DNA from: Euryarchaeota archaeon UBA602
GTDB taxonomy: Archaea; Thermoplasmatota; Poseidoniia; Poseidoniales; Thalassarchaeaceae
Direction of reading: 5' to 3'
DNA length: 60,052 bases
Assembly (NCBI GenBank): GCA_002498455.1
Contig: DAHO01000045.1
Location: 7,777 to 67,828, forward strand
In this document: positions 8,933 through 17,066 of the stretch, piece by piece
How the letters are laid out: every line of letters begins with the position of its first letter
Numbering within the stretch: the stretch's first letter is position 1
Translations under genes and position numbers: made by a program
The notes under the pieces: generated by a model
What the model was told of the DNA's origin: nothing
The model's database searches: none
The model's input: the letters and a program-made list of their open reading frames with translations, nothing else

Positions 8933-10177
8933 ATGGCCAAGAAGCGTCAGCTCCCCGGCCAACCTGAAGTGAACATCGGACTTGTGGGTCACGTAGACCA
9001 TGGAAAGACCACCTTGACTCAAGCTCTGTCCGGGACATGGACAGATACACATTCAGAAGAACGCAAAAGAGGCATCAGCATCAAGTTGGGTTACGCTGAC
9101 ACCGCATTCTATCGAACCAAGAAGGGAGAAGCCTACGCGATGGGTAAGAGACCCGATGGTAAGGAAGATGATGCAAAGGAATTACTTCGAGCTGTTTCCT
9201 TCGTCGATGCACCAGGTCACGAGACACTCATGGCCGTCATGATTTCTGGTTCTTCAATCATGGATGGAGCCCTACTCCTAGTGGCCGCCAATGAAAAATG
9301 CCCACAGCCTCAAACTCGTGAACACTTGATGGCACTCGAAATTGCAGGCATTGAGAACATCGTAGTGGTTCAGAACAAGATTGACTTGGTGACTCGCGAG
9401 CGGGCGATTGAATCGCACGCAGAAATCAAGACATTCTTGGAAGGTACAATCGCTGAAAATGCACCGATTATTCCAGTGAGTGCTCATCACGATGTCAATC
9501 TAGACATCCTGATTGATGCGATTGAGAACATCATCCCTACACCTGACTTACGTGAGAAGGAAAATGGGCTGATGTATGTTGCTCGCTCGTTTGACATCAA
9601 TCGACCAGGAACTCGACCTTCGAAACTCAAAGGCGGGATTATCGGTGGATCGGTAGTCTCAGGAAATTTCTCTGAAGGCGATGACATTGTCATTGCCCCA
9701 GGACGAAAGATCACTGAAGGAAATAAGTCAAGATGGGAACCGATTACAACGAAAATCTCCAGTGTACAAGCCGGTGGCCTTGATTTAGAATCGGTACATG
9801 CTGGTGGATTGTGTGGTATTGCTACACCCCTCGACCCATTCCATACAAAGTCGGATAACCTGTCTGGACAAGTGATGGCCAAAGTTGGTGAATTGCCACC
9901 GGTTTGGGAGACCCTGGATGTTTCGCTGAATTTGCTAAAACAAATGGTCAGTGGTGAGAGCGATGGAGAAAATGTACGTCCCCTGCAACCGGGTGAGATG
10001 TTGATGCTCAATTCGGCAACAGCAACCAGTGTCGGTGTTGTCTCTGCAGTCAAAGGCAAGAATGCTACGCTCAACCTACGCTTGCCTATCTGTGCACTTT
10101 CTGGTACCAGAATTACTCTTTCACGCCGCGTAGGAAGTCGCTGGCGCCTCATTGGACACGGCATCATCGCGGGGTGA
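8933..10177 (+). CDS. eif2g: Translation initiation factor aIF2 gamma subunit
   Basis: G1 motif GHVDHGKTTL, then DAPGHE and NKIDL. The 414-aa length and the conserved archaeal rps6e-eif2g-PIN neighbourhood support the call. Confidence 0.93.
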   Translation: MAKKRQLPGQPEVNIGLVGHVDHGKTTLTQALSGTWTDTHSEERKRGISIKLGYADTAFYRTKKGEAYAMGKRPDGKEDDAKELLRAVSFVDAPGHETLMAVMISGSSIMDGALLLVAANEKCPQPQTREHLMALEIAGIENIVVVQNKIDLVTRERAIESHAEIKTFLEGTIAENAPIIPVSAHHDVNLDILIDAIENIIPTPDLREKENGLMYVARSFDINRPGTRPSKLKGGIIGGSVVSGNFSEGDDIVIAPGRKITEGNKSRWEPITTKISSVQAGGLDLESVHAGGLCGIATPLDPFHTKSDNLSGQVMAKVGELPPVWETLDVSLNLLKQMVSGESDGENVRPLQPGEMLMLNSATATSVGVVSAVKGKNATLNLRLPICALSGTRITLSRRVGSRWRLIGHGIIAG

Positions 10178-10545
10178 AGCCCGTGATTGGCGTCCTGATT
10201 GACACCTGTGGTTGGGTGGCTGTGGTTGAAGCTAGAATCAATATCGATTTGGCCCTAGAACAGCAACTCGGTCCAATTGAGATTAAGATTACACGATCTG
10301 TCATGAATGAATTGGAGCGTTTGGCCGAACAAGAATCTCGAAATTTATTGCTCAGCATACTTGACGAACGGGCAGAATTGGTTTCAGGTGAAGGGGAACA
10401 TACCGACGATGAGCTACTGAATCTAGCCATCAAACACCATTGGCCGGTGTTGACTGTCGACAAAGATTTGAAGAATCGGTTGTACAATGCCAATGCTTCC
10501 GTCATTGAAGTGCATGGGTCGAAGGCTTTGCGGTACATTGAATGA
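10174..10545 (+). CDS. PIN-domain protein, Fcf1/COG1412-like
   Basis: 123 aa. VLIDTCGWV... and LTVDKDLKNRL..ASVIEV are typical of Fcf1-like PIN proteins. Its GTG start overlaps the eif2g stop (GTGA). Confidence 0.7.
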   Translation: MKPVIGVLIDTCGWVAVVEARINIDLALEQQLGPIEIKITRSVMNELERLAEQESRNLLLSILDERAELVSGEGEHTDDELLNLAIKHHWPVLTVDKDLKNRLYNANASVIEVHGSKALRYIE

Positions 10546-10548
10546 ATC

Positions 10549-10782
10549 TCAGTCGAGTGGATGTGAGATTGGTATCCCATTTTTATCCGTCATATTTAGA
10601 GTCCAACGGAGCGTCTTGATGACTCCCCGTAGTGCAGTAATGTTTCGAATGGCCTCAGCATTCGCCTTTTGATCCATTTTGGCACTGTGGTAGTGTTTTT
10701 CCCACAGTACCTTGCGATCCTCTGCTTCACGAAGCATCTCGCGCAACTCTTCTGCTGAACGTGGTTTTCCGATGGGGCTCAT
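10549..10782 (-). CDS. Hypothetical 77-aa helical protein
   Basis: Short ORF, co-oriented with and 57 nt downstream of the DUF357 gene. Charged helical composition with no recognisable motif. Confidence 0.4.
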   Translation of the reverse strand: MSPIGKPRSAEELREMLREAEDRKVLWEKHYHSAKMDQKANAEAIRNITALRGVIKTLRWTLNMTDKNGIPISHPLD

Positions 10783-10839
10783 GGGCGACCGCGGTAAAAC
10801 CGACCCTTTTCAAACTGGCCCCTGCATAAATTGCAAATT

Positions 10840-11138
10840 TCAGGGTAAAGTGAACATCTCATCATCACCATGGCCATCCATAAGACCGATTTTGACAGCA
10901 CAATCGATCCAAGCGTGAGCGTAGTTGATTGCACCGAATGCTCGGACCAAATCTCCTTGTTCGACAAACCACTTTGCGTCGGATGCATAGGAATCTGCCA
11001 TTTCCATCATGATCGCCAAGCGCTTCCCTTCATCTGATTCCGAGGGGAACAACGGTGTCGCTTTGTCTCGAGCTGCCTGAGTAAGACCCAGATATCGCTG
11101 GATGAGTTCAGAGGTGACTTCAACATGAGGTTCAGACA
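10840..11138 (-). CDS. DUF357-family protein
   Basis: YASDAKWFVEQGDLVRAFGAINYAHAWIDCAVKIGLMD resembles the conserved helical hairpin of archaeal DUF357 proteins. The ATG at 11138 (or GTG at 11145) overlaps the stop of the upstream gene. Confidence 0.65.
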
Positions 11139-12169
11139 TCCGCACCCTCCCGAATCGAAATCAATCTTCGAACATCCTCTGCTCGGCCCAAGGATTCGTA
11201 CAACTCGATCGCGCGGCTAATCATACCGGAGTCTTCAGCATCCCGGGCTGCTTCAAAAATCACTTGACGCTGTTCCCAATCAAGGCGACGAATCTCTCCC
11301 GATGCAATTTCTTCAAAGAGCAATTTTCGACGACTGACAAGATGCGGACCAATCCACATCCGAATCAAACCATTGCGTGTCGCCGAAAGCATACGATCGG
11401 CATGGTTTGAAGAAAGCAAATCCCCCGCGGGTCGACGCTCAAAATCATCGCCAGGAGGCAGTCGAATCAAATCTCCTGCAACGTCCAATGTCCACCAGCC
11501 TTCTCCCGTCCAAGCCGCCTGAATCGGAACCAGTCCATCCCCTGGAATGCGGTCAATACGATCCCAACCAAATGGATTCGGTACACCCTCCTGCAGACTA
11601 CCATCGACATGTTGAACCAACAAGCGACCTCGATAAAGACGGGAAACCCAAGACCAACGTGTGGTTTCGATTCGACGTTGTGCGTCGTCACCACCCAAAC
11701 GAAGGGCACGTAGACAACCATCATCATCTTGCGCAAGCAAAATCTCCCGATCCAACCAACCAATCATTTTCTGCAAGGGTCCTGGACGTAGGCGACGTAT
11801 GCCTCGACCACGTCGATTGAACAGATGGATATGATCGCCCCTGTCTGAAAGCAGCCAACCTCCTCCAGGCCGGCTCACCACATCCCTGAATCCTCCCGAC
11901 ACTGCACGACCTTCACCCAAGGGTTCACCCGTCGCCAAATCCAGCAAGAAAAATGCAGTTCCGGCCAATACTGCGACATTTGTCCCGTCATGCTCCAAGC
12001 GGTAGACGTCAAAGGAAAATTCCCTACGCCAGAGGAAATCTCCATCCGCATTCAGTCGACGAACAACACTGCCGGCAGCAATCAAACTGTCCTCGCCTAG
12101 ACAGGCAATCGCACCGACACGCCCCTCAACTTGGTGACTCCAAGCAATTTCCCAGCGATCCTCCGTCAT
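11132..12169 (-). CDS. Hypothetical cytoplasmic beta-propeller-like (PQQ/WD-like repeat) protein with a C-terminal helical tail
   Basis: 345 aa, Arg/Gly/Asp/Trp-rich. It has repeated short strand motifs (DG..LW, GDL..L, GW.L) and no signal peptide. It starts 2 nt after the upstream stop. Confidence 0.55.
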   Translation of the reverse strand: MTEDRWEIAWSHQVEGRVGAIACLGEDSLIAAGSVVRRLNADGDFLWRREFSFDVYRLEHDGTNVAVLAGTAFFLLDLATGEPLGEGRAVSGGFRDVVSRPGGGWLLSDRGDHIHLFNRRGRGIRRLRPGPLQKMIGWLDREILLAQDDDGCLRALRLGGDDAQRRIETTRWSWVSRLYRGRLLVQHVDGSLQEGVPNPFGWDRIDRIPGDGLVPIQAAWTGEGWWTLDVAGDLIRLPPGDDFERRPAGDLLSSNHADRMLSATRNGLIRMWIGPHLVSRRKLLFEEIASGEIRRLDWEQRQVIFEAARDAEDSGMISRAIELYESLGRAEDVRRLISIREGADV

Positions 12170-12171
12170 GT

Positions 12172-13812
12172 TTAGGCCTCCATGTGGCCATCAGTGAAAT
12201 GTGCCTTTGCTTGGTCTGAAATACGGAAAAGTCGGGTTCTTCCCTTCTTTCTTACCGCAAGAATGCCGGCTTTATGCAAACCATTGAAAATTTGAGACAA
12301 ACGTGGACGGCCAACCGATAGATAGGCCTGTAATGCAGCATCAGAGGGGGAGACTTCTCGCGCAATCGCAGCCTCGACAACCGAAATCTCTGCATCACTT
12401 AGCGACGAAGCCCGTTGAAAATCAAGTGGTAATGTGCTTGATGATGGGGCTGGGGCCCCTTTGCGTAAGCTCTCTCCAATCGTCTTCGCAACCACCGGAT
12501 CCATAACAGGTGTGGGTTCAGGCAATGGTTCGGGTTCAGGCAATGAATCTGCAGCCCAGAATGTGGTTTCCTCCGATTCCAATTGCGGTTTTTCTTCGGG
12601 CATCCGCATGGTAGGGTCTGGTTTTGCTGCCAAAGGACCAATCGACTTGGGCCTCAGCGCGTTTTCAATGCCAATTTCGACCGATGCAGTTCGCTGACGT
12701 TGGGTCAGGCCACCGAATGCGTGTTGAGAGACTGATGGCGGTTCTGTTCCCGGTTCCATCTGTAGAACGGCGCCACCGGCTGAATCTTCCTCGACAGGGG
12801 GCGGATCTTCAATTTCAAACGCCGGTAATTCAAACACCGGTTCAGTTTCATCCATCGCAGCCTCAATTTCAACGGGTTCTTCGGGGAATGAATCCTCTAT
12901 TTCAGGCTCCATTTCAGGGACATCCCAGTCGAACTCCTCTGGTTCATCAATAACATCAGTCTCTGAATCAAGCGCCTCTAGGGGCTCTACCGTTGGTGAC
13001 ATGCGATTTTTGGCATCATTGGGTTCCAAATTCATGGCTTCAAGTATCTCGCTCTTTCTAGTGAAAGATGTAGAGGCCCCACGCTCAGCATCAATAAGGT
13101 CGCGAAGATATCGAACCAGACGGCCTGGGCGTCCCCCGGTTTGCGAGATACTCTGTTCAAGTACGGATTGCTGAATTGGCCAAGCCTCATTGCTAACCTT
13201 TCTCATTCGCTGATCAATCAGTGCACGTACTGTTCTTGCATCAAAATCCGACAAGGGCTCAGTGATATCGAATTGCATTTGTAGACTCTCAGACCATGCA
13301 GATAGTTGTGCAGGGGTCAAAGCGACGATGACCAAAGCCCGCAAACGCGTCAGGACCGGAGATATACGCTCGAAAACCTGAGCCAATTCCGCTCCACTCA
13401 CACCTGGGAAATCAAATGAAATAAGTGGCAAATCACCACTGAAACCTTGCAATTTAGCGACCATTTCTTCGACTAAAGTATTGGTTGAAGAAGGCGTATC
13501 GTATCCTGCAATTCGGCAATACATCTCGTTTAGCAAGGTCTGCGCTGGTGTTGTTTCCGGATAGAATGAGAAGGGATAACTCGTCGATGAAAGATTGCTG
13601 AGGGCTTGCAAGATTGAGGTCCTTCCAGAACCCCTCTCTCCGAGCAAGATCATCAATCTAGGGCTACCAAAGCGCAAATGTTGTCGTAAATCAGCCATCA
13701 ACTGAGAACGGCCAACCAACAATTCGACGTCGCTGGGCTCAATCGGCTTCGCAGAGAAGGGATTGGCACGCATGTGAGGCAGGTGCAGAGACTTCGCAGC
13801 GGATTTCGACAT
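12172..13812 (-). CDS. AAA+ (ORC/Arch_ATPase-like) protein with a degenerate P-loop, long acidic linker and C-terminal winged-helix
   Basis: The N-terminus reads NPFSAKPIEPSDVELLVGRSQLMADL..LMILLGERGSGRTSILQAL, so the P-loop has Arg in place of the Walker A Lys (nt 13615-13641). A lid-like GGRPGRLVRYLRDLID follows, then a ~200-aa Glu/Pro/Asp-rich region, and the protein ends with LSQIFNGLHKAGILAVRKKGRTRLFRI. Confidence 0.6.
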   Translation of the reverse strand: MSKSAAKSLHLPHMRANPFSAKPIEPSDVELLVGRSQLMADLRQHLRFGSPRLMILLGERGSGRTSILQALSNLSSTSYPFSFYPETTPAQTLLNEMYCRIAGYDTPSSTNTLVEEMVAKLQGFSGDLPLISFDFPGVSGAELAQVFERISPVLTRLRALVIVALTPAQLSAWSESLQMQFDITEPLSDFDARTVRALIDQRMRKVSNEAWPIQQSVLEQSISQTGGRPGRLVRYLRDLIDAERGASTSFTRKSEILEAMNLEPNDAKNRMSPTVEPLEALDSETDVIDEPEEFDWDVPEMEPEIEDSFPEEPVEIEAAMDETEPVFELPAFEIEDPPPVEEDSAGGAVLQMEPGTEPPSVSQHAFGGLTQRQRTASVEIGIENALRPKSIGPLAAKPDPTMRMPEEKPQLESEETTFWAADSLPEPEPLPEPTPVMDPVVAKTIGESLRKGAPAPSSSTLPLDFQRASSLSDAEISVVEAAIAREVSPSDAALQAYLSVGRPRLSQIFNGLHKAGILAVRKKGRTRLFRISDQAKAHFTDGHMEA

Positions 13813-13964
13813 CTGAGAGTGCGAACTGAACTTGGGTTTAACAAGTTAACGCGATGCTAACAGGTTGAGAGATTGATTTGGAAGCGTTGAAGAGAGTACC
13901 GAATCCCAAATTGACTAAATATTGTAATTAAAATTGTTCTATAAGTTACCGATTAACGTTTAAT

Positions 13965-14011
13965 TAACGCATTGTTAACGTGTCTAAAGCGTTAGTAACG
14001 CATTGTTAACG
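13965..14011. repeat. Two perfect 16-bp direct repeats TAACGCATTGTTAACG, 31 bp apart, within an AT-rich divergent intergenic region
   Basis: The copies lie at 13965-13980 and 13996-14011. Further TAACG/CGTTA units occur at 13847-13851, 13954-13958 and 13990-13994. Confidence 0.8.
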
Positions 14012-14035
14012 CTTCACTGCACCGCCGTTTGCACT

Positions 14036-14043
14036 GATTAAAT
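14036..14043 (+). promoter_or_regulatory. TATA-like box (GATTAAAT) upstream of the HMG-CoA reductase gene
   Basis: It lies 23-30 nt upstream of ATG 14066, which is consistent with a leaderless archaeal transcript. Judged by position and sequence only. Confidence 0.3.
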
Positions 14044-14065
14044 CACCAATCGCACATCAGTGTCG

Positions 14066-15415
14066 ATGTACACGCAACCATTTAGAGGGGTCAATCAGAG
14101 GGCGGGGCGAGGAATACGCATGCCTGTTGAAAACAGCCGATTGAAGGGTTTCTACAAACTCAGTGTCAAAGAACGAAGGGATTTGGTAGCCGAATTGTCC
14201 GGTTTGGACCAAGAGGCTGTCGAGGCCCTAGCTGCTACTGGAGAATTGTCCGAGGCTGCTGCGGATCGGATCATCGAGAATGTAGTTGGTACATTGGCGC
14301 TCCCAGTGGGAGTTGCAACCAATTTCATCATCGATGGAGAACACTACATTGTACCCTTTGCACTAGAGGAGCCATCTGTTGTGGCGGCAGCCAGTAATAT
14401 GGCGAAGAGATGTCATGCCAAGGGTGGCTTTGTCTCAAACAATACTGAACCCATCATGATCGGTCAGATTCAAGTCGTCGGTTGTGCAGATGCCTTTTCT
14501 GCCAAGGCCGCCATTCTAGAGGCCAAAGACGAGTTGATTGGAGCCTGTAACGATGTGGATCCTATCTTAGTCAAGTTTGGTGGAGGTTGCAAGGACATTG
14601 AAGCACGAGTTATCGATACGCAATCTGGACCCATGGTTATCGCTCATATCCTTGTCGATTGCAGAGACGCCATGGGTGCGAATGCCGTGAACACGATGGC
14701 GGAAACCATCGCCCCCCGAATTGAAGCCCTGACTGGAGGCACTGTGATTCTCCGAATCATCAGTAACTTGGCAATCCATCGGCTAGCCCGAGTCAGTGCA
14801 ACTTTTACGCCTGAAGAAATGTCAGATTCAGGCGATGCAGCCCAAGGAAGTGAAGTCATTGATGGAATCCTACAAGCATACCATTTCGCTGCTGCCGATC
14901 CATTCCGTGCAACCACGCACAACAAAGGTATCATGAATGCAATATCTCCAATCGGTGTAGCCTGTGGACAGGATTGGCGTGCAATTGAATCTGGCGCCCA
15001 TTCATATGCATCCTATGGAAGAACCTACGGTTCCCTGACGCACTGGGAAAAAGACGCTGAGGGGAATTTGGTAGGCTCAATCGAGTTGCCCATGCCCGTT
15101 GGCCTAGTCGGAGGCGCAGTCAGAGTACACCCTGTCGCCAAGGCGAATGTCGCCATGATGGGAGCTAGAACCGCAGATGAGTTGTCCAAAGTCATGGCAG
15201 CCGCAGGTTTAGCGCAGAACCTAGGAGCACTGCGTGCTCTCGCAACCGTCGGTATTCAAGCAGGACACATGAAACTCCATGCAAGAAACATGGCCGTAAC
15301 TGCTGGAGCGGAAGATCATGAAGTGGATGCAGTTGTCGATATGATTCGCTCAAGTGGTGAAAGAATCACTGCTGCAGCCATCGAGAATGCATTGAAGGTA
15401 CTTCGAGAAGAGTGA
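14066..15415 (+). CDS. hmgA: HMG-CoA reductase, class II (bacterial-like)
   Basis: LKGFYKLSVKERR..ENVVGTLALPVGVATNF..VPFALEEPSVVAAASNMAK..DAMGANAVN..HNKGIMN are class II signatures. The start is uncertain (GTG 14060, ATG 14066 or ATG 14120). Confidence 0.9.
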   Translation: MYTQPFRGVNQRAGRGIRMPVENSRLKGFYKLSVKERRDLVAELSGLDQEAVEALAATGELSEAAADRIIENVVGTLALPVGVATNFIIDGEHYIVPFALEEPSVVAAASNMAKRCHAKGGFVSNNTEPIMIGQIQVVGCADAFSAKAAILEAKDELIGACNDVDPILVKFGGGCKDIEARVIDTQSGPMVIAHILVDCRDAMGANAVNTMAETIAPRIEALTGGTVILRIISNLAIHRLARVSATFTPEEMSDSGDAAQGSEVIDGILQAYHFAAADPFRATTHNKGIMNAISPIGVACGQDWRAIESGAHSYASYGRTYGSLTHWEKDAEGNLVGSIELPMPVGLVGGAVRVHPVAKANVAMMGARTADELSKVMAAAGLAQNLGALRALATVGIQAGHMKLHARNMAVTAGAEDHEVDAVVDMIRSSGERITAAAIENALKVLREE

Positions 15416-15416
15416 T

Positions 15417-16073
15417 TCACTCTTCTTCATCTTGGATGATTTCTGCACTGGACTCATCCCATTCATCACTTACAGGTACTTCTGGTGCATCTTGGATTTC
15501 TTGATCTCCATCACCCAAACTGGCAGCCAATTCAGCCCCGTCCATGCCCATCTTGGCTGCATGTTCCCTAAACCAGGCTCGAACTTTCTTGGACTCTGCG
15601 TATGGACAACCAAACATTTCAGCAAAACGACGAGTGGTGGTCAAACGTCTTGACAAACCATCACGACGACGATCAATCAATCCTAGATGTGCCAAATCAC
15701 GGACGTGTTCATAGGCACGTTGCCCAATCATGTCAACCAATTGACTTTGAGCCATCGGCTGGTGATATGCAATCAGTGCAGCCGCAGCAAGAAGGCGCTG
15801 AGGGATTTCTGTTCGGAATGATGAGGGGATATGATTCGCCAATTTGGGCTTGACTTCCATCACCCAACGACCACTGACACTGGTCAATTGCAAGGCCCCT
15901 CCTGGTCGTCGCTTCATGGTGTGCTGTAAGGATTCGAGATTGGCTATGACTTCCCCCGGTGAGATCTGCATCGATTCAGACAGTTCCTCCACCGATAGAG
16001 AACGACCAGCCCCAAACAGAGTGGCCTCGAGAATGGTACGAGTATCAACATCACTCACCCAAATCACCCCCAT
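15417..16073 (-). CDS. scpB: Segregation and condensation protein B
   Basis: ILEATLFGAGRSLSVEELSE.. together with tandem winged-helix patterns. The ATG at 16073 gives a 23-nt overlap with the scpA end. The longer ORF (to 16226) would lie inside scpA. Confidence 0.8.
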   Translation of the reverse strand: MGVIWVSDVDTRTILEATLFGAGRSLSVEELSESMQISPGEVIANLESLQHTMKRRPGGALQLTSVSGRWVMEVKPKLANHIPSSFRTEIPQRLLAAAALIAYHQPMAQSQLVDMIGQRAYEHVRDLAHLGLIDRRRDGLSRRLTTTRRFAEMFGCPYAESKKVRAWFREHAAKMGMDGAELAASLGDGDQEIQDAPEVPVSDEWDESSAEIIQDEEE

Positions 16074-17061
16074 CAGCGAGGCGCGGACCGATGCCAATTT
16101 CTGTCGATGCTTCTGCAAAGTCCTTGGCCTTCGGCAGTTTATCTTGAAGGAAGATATCACCATTGGGATATTCCATCTGCCAGAGGTCTGTATATCCACG
16201 ATGTGTAAGGAATAGTGCTGAGACAAAACCTGCTACTTGGCCCTCTTCCTCAGCCTCGTTCAATGTCCAACCTTGGGCAGCAGAGTGTTCAGCGAGTTTT
16301 TCTGCAACCTGGACAAGAGTGACAGGTGCCCCTTCTGGGCTGGCGGCACGAATGGCCTCCCAACAGCGCCGAATGTCGTCTTCAAGGTCCTCCTTGTGCA
16401 TCCGAGTGGTTACATTTGACATCCACTCAGAGACCTCAGCAGCATGCTTGATCCGGCTCTGTTCACGGATTCTGCGTTCCTCCGCCTGCTGATGTGCCCC
16501 CTGTAGGGACATCAGTAATTCTGTGAGTGTTACAGGGCGACCTTCCTCACGCTTGATTCGGCCATCCAATAAATCCGGAAGTGAACCCGTGGTTTGCCCA
16601 GTAATGATTCCAACACTGAAATTGTATTCCTCATCTTCAAACTCTGTCTGCCACCCTTCCATCGCCCAAGGATCGTCTTCCCACTCTTCTTCTGCACGTT
16701 CCGCGCGATCTAGAAGTGTTGAAGCCTGCCCATGCAGGATTTGCCAGGCCATACGAATCAGACGGCCACAAGTGGGAAGGTCGACATTTTCTGCATCCTT
16801 GGTTCGTTCTTTGAATTTCTCAATGAATATGGACAAATCGACATCCCAAGGGTCCAAGGTTGCATCATTGAACATTTGAAACACAAGTGCTACAGAACGA
16901 TCGAAGGGTTCAACCAAACTTTGATGCTCAGCACTCTCCAAGTCTGCAATCTCAACCAACCGATCAATGTAGCGATGTTTGTCCAAGTTCGCATCTTCTT
17001 GCTCTCCGAGAAGCTGCTTGACGATGGTCGCCTGCATATCACGGGTCTCAAGTAGAGACAT
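16051..17061 (-). CDS. scpA: Segregation and condensation protein A (kleisin)
   Basis: It is positioned between smc and scpB. It is acidic, with a kleisin-like N-terminus (LDPWDVDLSIFIEKF) and a C-terminal winged helix. Start is ATG 17061, or GTG 17070 overlapping the smc stop. Confidence 0.8.
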   Translation of the reverse strand: MSLLETRDMQATIVKQLLGEQEDANLDKHRYIDRLVEIADLESAEHQSLVEPFDRSVALVFQMFNDATLDPWDVDLSIFIEKFKERTKDAENVDLPTCGRLIRMAWQILHGQASTLLDRAERAEEEWEDDPWAMEGWQTEFEDEEYNFSVGIITGQTTGSLPDLLDGRIKREEGRPVTLTELLMSLQGAHQQAEERRIREQSRIKHAAEVSEWMSNVTTRMHKEDLEDDIRRCWEAIRAASPEGAPVTLVQVAEKLAEHSAAQGWTLNEAEEEGQVAGFVSALFLTHRGYTDLWQMEYPNGDIFLQDKLPKAKDFAEASTEIGIGPRLADGGDLGE

Positions 17062-17066
17062 GGTTC

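Noticed and set aside
9487-10167. 226-aa minus-strand ORF
   Set aside because: It lies entirely antisense to the strongly conserved aIF2-gamma gene. It has a Ser/Pro/Arg-rich low-complexity composition typical of shadow ORFs in mid-GC genes, with no motif.
12514-12545. 14-bp direct repeat GGGTTCAGGCAATG with an 18-bp period
   Set aside because: It lies inside the coding region and simply encodes the LPEPEPLPEP low-complexity peptide of the acidic linker. It is not an independent DNA element.
13845-14011. Repeat cluster considered as a CRISPR array
   Set aside because: There are only two full 16-bp copies, which is shorter than CRISPR repeats. The single 15-bp spacer is too short for a CRISPR spacer, and no cas genes are nearby.
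16074-16226. 51-codon 5' extension of scpB
   Set aside because: It lies inside the scpA coding region. The ScpB homology begins at MGVIWVSDVD.. (ATG 16073).
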